Below, piece after piece: positions 40,901 through 53,961 of a DNA stretch of 64,000 nucleotides. The translations under genes and the position numbers were made by a program. The DNA is from Entomortierella parvispora E1425 (taxonomy: Eukaryota > Fungi > Mortierellomycota). The stretch is taken from the NCBI GenBank assembly GCA_020891255.1, contig BQFW01000010.1, positions 1,488,001 through 1,552,000 of the forward strand, in the 5' to 3' direction. The notes under the pieces are model-generated. The model was not told the DNA's origin, searched no databases, and worked only from the letters and a program-made list of their open reading frames with translations. Position 1 is the stretch's first letter. Every line of letters begins with the position of its first letter.

Positions 40901-43424
40901 GACCTGCATGCATGCAAATGCAATGCGGAGTTCTCATTTTGGAGTAGAAAACTGCAAAAAAAAAATAATCTCTCAGCCCTCACCTTTTGAGCACCGAGAT
41001 CGATCCTTTTTTCGGTAGTGGGCCTTGCGATGGGGGATGGAGGGCGTGCGTTGTTGACTCTTTTGTCTCTTTGTGAGGCCTAGAATGGTCTCCTTTCGAC
41101 CGCCACTTTTTTTCGCACGCAATTGACCAATTAGTTCCAAAAAGACCCCTCCAGTGGTTCGATCAGCCCTGAACTACGTTTGTAGTCCCTGCTGGGTACC
41201 CCTCCCCTTTCGATGAGATGCATGCAAGTCGCGCGCAAATCCTCTTTATTTGTTATCACTTTCTACTCTTTCTACTCTTTCATGTCCATGATCCTTTTCT
41301 TTTTCCTCTTCCCTTTCTTCCCCCCAAAAAAAGTATATAGAAGGCTAAGGAAAATGTTGGATCGGGGGCAAAGAGCGCGTTGACTTTGAAGAGATGCTTT
41401 AATGCCTCATCTTGACCACGGAACGAGCTGTGCGATGAGTCAGATGTTGTAGATAGTTTAGATTACACAACGATCCTACCTCGTGGTCGAATGGCTCAAG
41501 GACACGGGCGTGGAGAAACAAACGCGAGCGCGCGCGCGAACACAGACGACAATTTCTCTTCTTGTACTCAACTGTCTGAGTCATCCCTTTGCCCGAAGGT
41601 CCCCCCACGCAAAAAAAGACCCCCCCAGGAGCATGGCGTTGTGTACGTTTGTGCGTGCGTGTGTGTGTTTATCCCCTCTTCTTCGTCCTACATACCCTTA
41701 TCCTGCCCTGGCCCTCCGCGTCCTTGGTACGACTCTCCGTTTGGAGGGCTGGTGTTCCAGCAGAGAGACTAGTCAAGGAGGAGAAAGGGGGAGGGCTGGC
41801 GTTCCCAATGAAGAGAGACTACCCATTGAAGACAAAGGAGGATAAGAAAAGAAAAGAAAAAAGCGCGACTCGTTTGGGATCATTCTGTGCAACCTTCATT
41901 TACAAGAAGCGAAGTGAATCGATTTCAATTATTCTGAAAAAAAAAAAAAAAAAAAAAATGGTCTCGAACAAATGAGTTTTTGCTTGGATCATCCATTGAG
42001 AAAAGGTACAGAACAGATGCTAGTGAGATGAATGCGGCGTAATGGACCTGCATGCATGCATGCGCCCCTCTCCCTTCTCTTTGCCCTGCTCCTGACTCGA
42101 GCGGACCTGACAGCCCTATAATGAAAATGGACGATAGGTAGTTCTATCGTTCAAGACGGTGGTCTCCCGTTCCTCCCTTTTTCATTACCTCTTCCGGAAA
42201 TTAGTCCATTCCGCTTGATCTAGTTTTCGACCACACGCCTTCATTTTCTGTTCAGTTACCTGCTCAACGGAGAGAAGGGGCGTTGCTTTCTTCATTTGTG
42301 CTGTGGCATTACGTGAGATAGGGGGGGGAATGAATAGGGGGGCTAGAGCAAGGGTAGAACATTTGACTCCCTCCCGACTTCAAAGAGACTATGACACGTT
42401 TTTTTTTTCTTGTAGTCCTAATGTCCAAAATGATCATCCTTTTCAGGGGCAGGACGATGACGAGAGGTGAGGATTAGAAGTGGACCATGCTAAAATGAGT
42501 ATTGAGCATGGGGAATGAGTGCCCAGCGGCTCTCATGATGCCCCTCCTCCCCAATTGGGTACAGACATGGTCTAGTGGTGTGGTTGAGGCGTTGACCCAC
42601 TGCAAATGAACCATGCAAGCCGCGCCCCGCTCAATTTTACCAACGGGAAATTGCTGCATCACTTTAAAGGACTCGGAGTTTTTTTTCCCTACTTTTTTGC
42701 AATTGCGACGGCACAGCAATAAAAAGAGTTAATGCAGAAGCGTAAAAGAAAAAAAAGAGAGCCACAGGTTTCTGGAAGAAATTTGGAGGGGGGGAGGGGC
42801 AGGGAAAACAAACAAGAGTGAGGGCGGCGGGGGCAAAGGAACCAATGGCGACCTCTATCTAAAACAACAACCTACCTTTCAATTGAAAAAGAAACTGGTC
42901 AACAGCCCTGTTTTTCTTGCCCACCCTACCCCACCCAATTCAATGAGTGAGAGCCAGGAACCAAAAGCGGTCAAAAGGAAAGGAGGGGGGGCGTGAACAA
43001 CAACGAACGCACTCAACCCTCGTTCCCGTTGAGAGCGTTTAAAAATAACCCCATTAGGACATCGTCTCTCTGTTGTGGGAGAAGAACCTGGAATAATTTT
43101 CTCGAGTTGCTCTCTTCTTTCTTTAGCTCAGAACGAAACAAGAGCAATTGCGGCGGGTCCAGGAGGTCGACTGTCCTTCCCCCCTGCCTCTCTCCTTACC
43201 ATTTGTCATCTATAGAAGGAATGCCAGGCTCAGGGACAATGACCTGGGGGAAGGAGGGGGGTAATAAGGTGAAGGAGGAACCCCGACTAAAATTTCGCTT
43301 GGCTCTCCTTTTTTTTCGGCTCAACAGCAGAAGAATGTCCCTCACCTTCCCCCTTGCCATGGATTACAAACGCCCACAGCGTTCAGTAAGGAAGAACCGC
43401 AAAGGTTGTTTGCTGTTCTCGAGC

Positions 43425-43458
<34 letters not shown>

Positions 43459-46400
43459 AATACATTGCCAAAAAAAATTTCCCGCAGAAATGTGTCACCA
43501 CCGATGAAAGATGATCTCCTTTCAGGCAAAGGGTGATTGTCTATAGAGCGATGGCGACAACGTGTTTGGTGGATGGTATGCAGTGGAAGATAACCTTGTG
43601 TCATTGACATGTCTGCTCCCGAATGATCCTATTTCAACTTTTCATTCTTTGAGTCCCTTCCTCTTCCTCCATTGGAACAATCTTGATCTCTTTTCTGCTC
43701 AATGGAAGCGTGACTCTAGGGCGGCAAAAGTTGAGTTAATTAGCGCGCAGGCGAGAGAGATCTTGTGGAGGAGGCGGGATAGGTGAATGGAGACATAAGC
43801 TCCAAGAGCTATTTCGGTGAACCTGCACTCCATCCTAGGTGTAAAGGTGAGTTTACAATTGAAGTTGGATGACCGAGGTTTCTTTGGTGTGGGTTCTTTG
43901 GTGTGGGTAAGCGAGGAGTTACACGCGTCAGATTGACGCGTTTGCAGGTGCCCAACTCGTGCTGTTAACCATTGCAACCCCACAGTCCCTCTTAGATCAT
44001 AACAGGTCTGCAGCTTGCTGCTATTTTTGCATCCTCCTCCAGCTTTCCGCTCTTGTTCGTTTCGTGTCCCTCTTGGTCGAACATGAACGTGGAGAAGGGA
44101 AATTAGGTGGAAATAAAAATACAAGGGACCCTCTCTCCCATTCGGTCTAACTGGTTCTTCTCCGTTATCTCTTTGTTCCTTGACCTCTCCAATTCCCCGG
44201 ACTGCATTATCTTCAGGCATTATCGCGCAAACAAAGAGGGGTAAAACAGAAGTGAGTCGAAAACTTTTTAATAAACCGCGACACGTTATTGCGCTTGTTG
44301 GGCAAACTGCCCTTGTACTCTACTCTGGGCCATGGAGGAGGGCAAGGTGACACTAAGTGGACAGACTAACAGGTCTTCGGATCTCGCAGGGACATTGCAA
44401 TGTTGAGCCAATATAATAAAAAAACGAGGTTGAAAATGGAAGTTCCGAGCAGTGCCCCTAAATTGCGTTCAATGCATCCTCGTCCACCCATACATTGATA
44501 CCTCCACAGGGCTGACCACATACACAGGTACACATTCATTATCAAATTCCTCCTTGGTTGCACTCGGTTCTTTTTCCCCTTCCCCGTCCCCCTCCGCCCT
44601 GCACTGCATTTGGGATCATTGGACGCGTCTCCTCGGACCAGTCGACTTGCTCTCGTGCGCCTGCTGTGCATGGGTAAATAGCTACAGTGTATTGTGGATA
44701 GTCCGCCCGTTGTGCGGTAATACAACCTGGGGATAAATGCTACATTTTGCTTTTCTCGCCCGCGCCCCCAAACTAAAAAAGAGGATTGATTATTCCGAGA
44801 CCGTCCCTGGAGGGTCAGACCCTTTCTTATTTCATTGTTGTGCCGGGGAGGAGAAAAAAAAATCCCTCAGCTTCTAGGCAAAGGCGAAACGCGTCGCGTC
44901 ATGGTCAGTGGGATAGACCGAGAGGGAAGGAAACAGCTGTCGAGTCTTGCTCTCCGCATCTCTCCTCTCCCCCCTCCCTTTGAACATCGTCCTTAATGGA
45001 TGGAAGGTAGAAACAGAAAACTGGGGTCAGCCTTCACGCCAAGAGGAGTGTTATGACCGATCAGCAGTGGTAATTTCAAACAGACTCATGACCCAATGCT
45101 CCCATGGTCCCTTTGTCTCCTCCGTGCTCGTTGTTTTTATTTGTGCCATGCTCGTCTCCCCTCTCTTCCCCTTTCCTGCTTTGGCAAACGTTTTCCGACA
45201 AATGACAAAGGGCGAGAATAACAACACATACAAAATCCAACGACATGGCGCTTGGTGTTTTGCTGAAACGAATCCGAGAGGAGGTCCAAGCCCGGATGGA
45301 GAAGACTGATAACATCATTGGGCAGGGCTGTTCGAAGGGAGGGGGTGGGCATGCTTTGTCTTCCCTTCTTTTTCAGTATTTGTTTACACACCCAAAATTT
45401 TGTTGATGACCTTACATACTCAAACGACCCGTGGAGCGAGGGAAATAGCATGGACTCTCTTCCGCTCGTCCCCCTCCAGCTGACATAGTCGCAGCTTTGT
45501 TTAACCAACAAAAAAACCGTCCACACGGATTGGTTACTTTGTTGCGGAGGACAAGCGCTCGTTCGCCTATCCATGGCCTCGGTTGAGGAATGCTTCTCGG
45601 TTGCGGTTTACGATTGGCACAATGGGAGCCGTCCACATGGTCCAAGCAGAGCAATTGATCCCACCTTATTGCAATGTTCTTTGTTTTCTTCAATGATGAA
45701 GAGTCCAAAACTGGCCATGCCGCGTCTAAAGGGCCTCTGCAGATCGGAATCCCTCGCTCTCCTTGTCTGTTGTTTGCCCTTGGCAGGACAATCTCATGTT
45801 TGTAAAGAAAGAAAGCGGTTTCGCGTCAAGTGGTTTGTTGTGCCGACACTCTTTCGTTCTTTAACAGCAAAGCGGCCGTTTGGTGTGGGATGGGGGATGC
45901 ACGCGAACGTTCGATCGCGATCGTGCCAAAGACAGCTGTGGAGACTTTGGAAGCGAGGTTGTGAAAGAGAGAGCGTAGGCAGTGCAGGCAGTGCTAGGAT
46001 AGAGCGATCAATAAGAAAGAACAGACGCCAACGTATCCTTTTTGTCGTACTCTTGGCGCAGTTGGAAGGAAGGGGGGTTTGATACCATCTCTACCACTCG
46101 TCGTTCTGGGCGGAGAATTCTTTTTGATTTCGTTCGACTAAACAACAATTGTCCGGGCGGGATTAGAAAGACGGATTGGCCAGCTGTGCTCGGTCGACGA
46201 CTCATCGTCTTGGTCGTCTTCGTTTTTTTTTTTTTTTTTTTTTGTACTTTCTGACAGTGGATCAAACAACTCAACAGACCTGTTCCGTCATCCTCGAACG
46301 TGGATAGTTTGTTCCTGTTCCAGGGGCAGCAACGACGGTGAGGTGCAATAGAGCAGTTGGAGGATCAAGGAGAAGGGGTGGACCCCTCATTTACCTCAGG

Positions 46401-47034
46401 TTCACCTTTTTAGGCCCTGTCCTGTCCTGCCCTTAGCCTTAGTCAATACTTTTTTTTTTTTTTTTTCGCGCGAAAAAAAGAAAAAAAAAGGAATGCCCCT
46501 GGGCCTGTCATTGCAGTGCCGTTACCCATCCAGGGCAATGAGCAGCAGAATAATAATCATAACAATTACAGAATAGTGAGAGCCTTTCTTCACTTTCTTT
46601 TTTTTTATTCGCAATTGTTCGTGCCTATTTTAAAGAAGGCCAAGGATTGAATTGACCGATGGTCGTACGCAAAGGAGGGGAACGGGTGGACGCTCTCTCT
46701 TTATTTTCACTCTTTACTTTTTTAGTAGAGTCGAGTTCCTTCTTTGTTTTGTGCAGCTGTTAGGATTGAATCGGCCCAAAAAAAAGGGCCCACGGACTGA
46801 ATCAAAGTGAATGGATTCCCAAAGAGCAGGGCAGCGCTGAGCATTCTGAGGGCAAGCAGGGCGAGCGAAGAGGTGGCAGAATGGGCCATTGGTCTCGGTC
46901 CTCATTTCGATGGTCTTTGGATGACCACTTGCCCTCCCTCAAGGCCTTGGGATGGATGCCATTGCTGTTGCTGTTGCTATGCAATAGACCCTCTGCGCTC
47001 AACGCTCCCCTGCCTTGTCTGCCGCCGTCGTTTG

Positions 47035-47041
47035 TATAAAA
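47035..47041 (+). promoter_or_regulatory. putative TATA box of the GATA gene
   Basis: TATAAAA followed by an ATG-free pyrimidine-rich leader ending at donor CAG|GTATGG (47501). Confidence 0.45.
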
Positions 47042-47500
47042 GTCCAGGACCAACGCAGTTCCCACCCTTTTTTTTCTGTTCCTTTTATTCTCCTGTTTTC
47101 TCTCTTTCTTCTCTTCATCGTCATCATCATCCTATTCTTTTCTGTTCATTATCTTGGTTTTTGCATTATCTCTCTCTCTCTCTCTCTCCACTCAAAGACT
47201 CACCCCCTCGATCAACTCTCGAAACACAGCAAAAAAAAATCGATACCCATTCAACTGTACTTTCACCTCTCCCCTCTTGCTGTACCTCGTTCCGTTCACG
47301 TCCATCTTTTCAACCACACGAATCGACACTCTCGACTCCCTCCATTGCCAAAAAGAAAAGCGACTCTCTTTCCTCGCTCCCTTTTTTCACTTTCCTATAT
47401 CGTTCCGTCTCTTTCGTTTGACGAGTCAACGAATCAACACGACAACAACCCGTCGACAACATCCACATTCCTTCACCCGTCTCGTCACTTGTGCCTCCAG

Positions 47501-48599
47501 GTATGGCCATGTTCCTGTGCTCTCCCATCCACCTCAGTTCCTTTGCAATCACTGCACTACACCGGATGTCCCCACCCCTCCCTCTCCCCTGCTCTGTCGT
47601 CTGCAGTGCCTCTTGTGCCCCCCACAGCAGTTCTGTTTACAATTTAGCGTACCCGCACCACACTACACCACGTTTTTCTTTTTGCCCACACGCACACGTC
47701 CCTGTCTGTTGTGCACCCTGCTATGATTGTCGTCTCCCTTCCTCTCTCCTTCCATCCCCTTGCTCGATTTCTCTCCGCTCTCGACAAAGTTCAACCGTCT
47801 ACTGCCATTTGGGCCAGGGCTGGCCTTAGTCCAGGTCCCTGGTCTCTGTGCCCTTTGGGTGGGTGGACAGAAGAATTCTCCGCTTCACAGCGATCCTCTC
47901 GTTCTATCCCCCCCTTTCGCCTTCTGCTCTTGAACTTTACTTTTTTGTTGAATTGGCCTTTGCTTGCCTTCCTTGAATGGGACTTGTTGGCCATGGCCGA
48001 CTCTCCTCTCTTTGTCTCTGTTCTCTTTTGTCTGTCTCTGTTTCCATGAGACGGTGGGCGTGAAAGAGCAAGAGGAAGAGAGCACCCTCCTTCCATCGGT
48101 CACTACCCCACTCTTCTCCACTCTACCCATGCACCCCGCCCTCGCCTGCCTCTGCACGGTCTCTGTTTGAAAAGGAAAAGGGACGGACCGTCCTGTTGAC
48201 AATGGGACCTTTCGTTTGTTTGCTGGAAGAGAAAGAAAGCATTCTCCGCTCCCTCCCCTCTCTGTCAGCGCACTCTCCCCCACCTTTTTTTCCTTTTCTT
48301 TATTCAGTCCCCTCTTGAACCTTGGGAGGATCCTTGAGGTGCCACCCTCGGGTTGCGTTCTGGGCCTCTTTCTTCCTCTTTTGGGTCGTGTCTCTTTTTG
48401 CATGGCTGCATGCAGTTGCACCATGGCGTAGAGGAATGGAATCAGCTACCCTTCTCCTCTCTTTCTCTCTCTTTCTCTCTCTTTCTTGATCACCTTGTTC
48501 CTTCTCTGCTCTCTCTCTCTCTTCATTCCCACCGAGATCACCTCCCGACTAACACGCGTCTCATTGTCTCCTTGTTTCCTCCCCCTTCCTTTTTCTCAG
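47501..48599 (+). other. putative 1.1-kb 5'-UTR intron of the GATA gene
   Basis: Donor GTATGG; branch GACTAAC at 48547; polypyrimidine tract; acceptor CTCAG 3 nt before the ATG at 48603. Confidence 0.55.
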
Positions 48600-48602
48600 T
48601 GA

Positions 48603-51600
48603 ATGAATCTCTCCTCGACACAAAACAACCCCTTGATCAGCCTTGACAACAATCACGACCTAAGCCATACCAGCCACAACAGCAACAGCAACAACAACAA
48701 GAACAACAACAACTCTTTTGCCGGCAGCATCCACAACCACAGCATGTTCAATAGTGCCAACAACAACCTTCCACAAACGCCTACCCCTGCATCAACCGCG
48801 ACCGATACCTCGTCCTTGTCCTCCACAGCCCCCATGTCGCTCAAAATGGACCAGCTCGACCCCCAAGTAGCAGCAGCGCTTGCGGCGGCCACCCTCCCCA
48901 ATGGTGGCGTCAACATGAGTCTTGGTGGCGTCACAGGCTTGATGACAACGGTTTGGCCCCTGACCCGCCACTTTGGGAGCCCAGAGATCCCCCTTGGATT
49001 CGAACCCTTGAGCCCCGAACAGATGATTCAGCAGCAGATGCTGACGCAGTCTAGAACGTTGATGGTCCAGAACGTCTCTTCTGCATCTGCCTCCTCTGCC
49101 TCCTCTGCCGTCTCCTCTTCATCCTCCTCGTCCTCGTCCTCTCCCTCCCTCTCCTCCTCACAGGGAGGAAGAGGAGATAGCAACTCGCTCTTGCTCCTGC
49201 ACGGATTCTCAGGTAAGAGAAATGAACGAAAAGAAAACTGGATCTGTTAACTGCCAGAAGCAAAAACACAGACTGCTTCTTTGGTTCAAACACGCGCGTG
49301 AAAAAAGAGTCGGTTCGTTCCTTTACTGTGCTCTGTTCGTTCTTTTTCGTTCTTCCCGCTTCTTTGTCCCATTCCATCCCACGCAACGCCCTTTTGGGTT
49401 ATTTGTTGCGTGTCGTGTTTTTTTTTTTTTTTTTTTGCACAAGTGATTGACAGGTGCTACAAAAGAGAGAGAGGAGAGGGACGACGCGAACGAACGGCAC
49501 ATGCTGTTGACACCTGCACGCGCAGGGAAAAAGAGGGGGGAGGGAAGGGAGGGAAGGAGGATAGAGGGGGGGAAGCAAGCCAAAGTGTGTTGACAGTATG
49601 TGCGTGTGTGTATGTGTGTGGTTGCCGTCGCACAGACTGGAGCTCTTTCGTTGGACAGGTTGGTCCCTTTTTTCGAGCCCAAAAGTTCCCGACAGTTGGG
49701 GAACGGACTTTGAGCACAACACAGACACGATACACGAACACAAGACCATCCCTCCCTTCTAGCATGTTCACGAAAAGAACTCTATGGAACCAACCAACTG
49801 CCAGACCAGTTCTGTCGTGTTCTGGCTTTTTTCTGTCCTGCTCCAACTGGACAGGGGGAGGTTCTAAGGGCGAAAGAGCGAAAAGAGAAAAAAAAAGAAG
49901 GGTGCAAGCGGGAAGCGAGGAGGTGGAAGAGGTGGAAGAGGTGGAAAAAGGAGTGCAGTACGAAGGGTTGGCAGTCTACACACCGTATTTTTCTCCCTCT
50001 CCGGGTCCACATTCCAAAGCGAGTGGCTTCGTTGCGACGCGCCACAGCCTCTTTTCTTTCCATTTCCGTGTGGCGCCTCAACGTCCACTTCCTTTGGGAT
50101 TGTGAGCCTGAGGGAAAGGGTGAAGCGTGCGAAGGACGGAGGATCAACACGCGTTCATGGGTCTACCTCTCCCCTTGGTTATCCTTTTCTGCGTTCGCAT
50201 CCTCCACCGTCTCCTGATCCTTGGGAAGAAGCCCTTTTGCACTCGACTCTCCTCTCCTCTCCTCTCCTTTTGTTGTCATTATTCCTCCCACTTTGTTGGC
50301 GCTGCTTTTCTGCTTTGCTCCTTTTCTGCTCCTCCAAAGGTCCGTCTGACCTAGAGTTACCCATTATGCATTTGTGGCCTTATTTTTTTCGAGCATCCCA
50401 CTCAATCCAACTCTCTTGTCCCCTGCTCGTTCGTCGTCCCCTTTGACCATTTCTGTCCCCTTCTCTCCTTTTTTCTTCACTCTGCTTTCTGTCCCTCCTG
50501 GGCCTCACCCCATTGTCCACCTAATGGGTCTCATGGGCTCCTCTGTCTCCCTGTCCCTTCCCCTCCACTCCTGGTGCATACCAAGCCCGTGCATCTCTGT
50601 TTGTTCTACTTATCCAGCTGTCGTCCTCCCAGTGATCCAACCACCATGGACGACCTGAAGGATTGCTCCGTCTCTTTTTTTTTTCATTCCTGCTTGTTAC
50701 TACTCCCTTTCTTTGTTCTTGCATGTCCTCGTGCATACCCATTATGTTCAATGAGGCAATTGTGCCCATTCTTCTATGCAGCACATCAGCCAATAACGAC
50801 TCATTCAACGCTGGGAACCAGGTTCGCGTGTTTATCTTCCTCTGCTGGTGCAAGAGAAGGATGTCTGCTCTCCCCTTTCTTTTTTTTTTGTGTTTTTTGT
50901 TTTACGTCTTTCTGTCATTTGTTGGTGACGACCTGGCTCCTTCGCGTCCCCTCCATTCTATCACTCTATCCTCCTCGCTCCTCCTTCTTGCCTCCGTCTC
51001 TGCTGCTGTTCTTGGCCCTCTCCTCTTTGCGCTGCAAGTGTGGAACGTTCAACCATTAGCACACTTTAGACTTGCGTGGTTTTTTTCTCCCCCTTTCTCT
51101 TTACTGACTAGTTCGACCCCTCCCTTTGGCCCTGTCCTTCCACCTCGTGCTCGGTTGCCTTGGCCCATATAACAAACGCCGTCCGGATCCTAACAGCCAC
51201 CTTTGCTCTTCTCTCTTTGCTTCCCCCCATTCCTCAATTGGTCTCTTGTATAGAAGGACAGAATCTTGGCGCCTCGTTCTCTCAAAGTCAACAACTCCAA
51301 CGATCCTCTCACTCTCATCAGCCATCCTCCACACCCTCTGTACAACAGCAACCACCCTTCTTTACGAGCACCTTGACGACGTCCACCTCTCCTCCCTCTT
51401 CTGCCGCTCCCAACAACAGCCTCAGTTCATCTACCGCTTCTTCCAACGCCTCCTGGGACCAACAGTCAAACAACACCAACACCTCGACAACCACCCAAAC
51501 TCTAACCAATCCCTTGAACGAACCGTGCCCTCAAGAATTCCTTCAGCCTCCACAGCCATCATCCACTCAGCCTCAGGAACAGAGCCCATTGCATCCAATG

Positions 51601-52875
51601 CATCATCAACACCAACAGTACCAACAACAGCAGCAGCAACAGCAGCAACACTATGAACACCAAATGATGTACCAAACCCAGATGCACCACCCACAACAAC
51701 ATTTGCAGCAGCAGCACAACGACGAGGATCCCTTTGGTGACTATGTTGTGATGGACAACATGTCCCATAGCCAGCTCATGGCCAGCAGCTACCCTACTGT
51801 CGAAATGGGGCATCATCTCCACCAACAGCACGCTGCGAACGCGACCAATCCTACGACGGGCTCAGATATCAACGCGGCTGGGATCGCCCACTTTCAAGGG
51901 AACATGATGCCGTCCAACCAGGTCTGGTCTTCTCTGGCAGTCGCCCTACCCTCTGTTCATCTCAACAACAACAACAGCGGCAACAACGCCACCGCTGGCA
52001 GTAACAAACCCCACACAAAGGCGGCCAAGGCTAAGGCTGGCACGGCCGCTGCGGCTGCCGTTGCAGGGACGACGGTCAAGGCCAAAAAGTCTTCTGTTCG
52101 ACCCCCTCGGGCCTTGGAATGTTTCAATTGCAAGGTCACGACGACGCCTCTCTGGCGTCGAACACTGGATCGTAAGCATTCATTGTGCAATGCTTGCGGC
52201 CTCTACTACAAGCAATACAATGGTCATCGACCCTTGCATATTCGCCACAAGCCCTCACTGAGTCAGAGTCAGCAACGCGAGAATGCCGCGCCTTATACCC
52301 TCCCCCCTTCCACCGGCGACGCATCCAAGAAGGACTCTGCTGACAACAGCAACAGCAACAATGCCCATGCCACCAGCGGCTCACCCGGATCCCTCTCTTC
52401 GTCCCCGTCATCGCCTGCAAGCGTCAAGGTTGAGGAGCTCGAGTCCTCGTCATCGTCCTCCCCTGAGAAGGACGACGAGGGTCAAGGGGAGTCAAGTGAC
52501 ATTGCCCCTAGAGCCGAAGGTGAGGGATCTGGCGCGGCCCTTTCGGCATCCCCCTTGGCGGCCAAACAGGACCCCGAGTCTGCTTCGAACGAGGAAGAGG
52601 CCCAAAAGTGCCCAGGGATGTATAGCGAAGGTCAGCCGGCTGCATCCGCGGCCTCGTCTGGGTTCCCTGTCGATGGTGCTCGCGTCAAGAGGAGCAGCAG
52701 TAGCGGCAACAGCAGTAGCACCAAGGCCCTGAAGGCAGGCTCTCGTCATCGTCAGACGCGCTCGTTTACGGGACCCATCCACACGGATTCATACATGGGC
52801 ATCCCGATTGGCCAACCTTCCTTGAATGAGTGGCAACCTGCCTTCCATCCCCTGGATCTCTCTGGCCATCGCCAC

Positions 52876-52910
<35 letters not shown>

Positions 52911-53961
52911 CCAGTTCCCTCATCACTCGTCTTCATCCATGACTGTTGCTCATCATGTGTTGACCCCCTCCACCACGCCAACAGGGTTCTTGACAGAGGA
53001 CCACCTTCGAGGAGACTCACCCTTGCTGTTGGGAGAGTGTGGCCCGTTCTCGCCCTCGAGCTCGCTCTGCTCACCCATGACTGGATCCACGGTGCCGCAG
53101 TCTTCCTTGGGTCAAGGACCCATGGCACCTTATAGCCTACCACCCATGGCTCTGTCCGAGGACCAAGCGTCACAGCAACAGCAGCTGCAACAACAGAACC
53201 AAGAGAATGCAAACCAAAAGTCTCTTATCTTTGACGACATGCGATTCCAAGTGTTGGTAGAGCACATGCGTCCCGGTCAGATGTACAAGTTCTTGAACGT
53301 TCTGGAGAACCGATGCCATGTATTGCGTCATCGCCTAGGGATGAACGCCAGCGCGGCCGAGGCATTGGCGATGCTGTCGCCAGAACAACAACAGCAACGA
53401 ATGAATGTAATGTTGGCACAGCAGCAGCATCAACAGCAGATGGTCAACACCCCGACCACTGAATGTGGCTTTCAGTCTTTGTCGCTCTCCTCTCCCCCAG
53501 CCAAGGAGAACGAGTCATCATCCTCCTTGTCGTCGAGACACCCGATGCAGTATCCTTGGTCGACCTCATCCTCGTCATCTGCACAGCAGCAGCAGCAACA
53601 GCAGCAAGATCAACTGTTGGTGTCCTCCTACGTTTACCAAAGGGGGGAAGAGTCCTCGAACAATGGTCAGCATCATCACGGTCAGCACGGGTCCATGATG
53701 GACCAGGACTATGAGCACCACCATCATCACCAACAACTCCACTTTCAGCAGCAACAGCAGCAGCACATGCAGAACATTGGTGGCGATGATTCCGATATTG
53801 AAGAGGACGAAGATCGACACCGTCGCCACCACCAGCAACAGCAACAGCAGCAGGCCGCCGAGACGTCGACCACACTGATGGCTATGATGGCAAGCGAGCC
53901 AAAGTTTTGGCAACAGCAGAACCACCCCAGAGCCATGGCTGTTTACGCCGCCATGGATTAA
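48603..53961 (+). CDS. GATA-type zinc-finger transcription factor (C-x2-C-x18-C-x2-C), Q/S/H-rich; exons 48603-49212, 51254-53961 (1105 aa)
   Basis: [41 protein letters not shown] 2041-nt intron (GTAAGA..CCTAAC..TATAG) joins ORF 48603 in frame to ORF 51160-53961. Exon 2 is certain; exon 1 is likely. Confidence 0.88.

Noticed and set aside
41150-41175. GGTTCGATC resembling a tRNA T-loop
   Set aside because: Flanks do not pair into a T-stem; no D-arm or acceptor stem
44252-44389. Intron-like signals (GTGAGT..GACTAAC..CGCAG) in the gene-free region
   Set aside because: Flanking frames are short with no recognisable product; cannot be told from chance without RNA data
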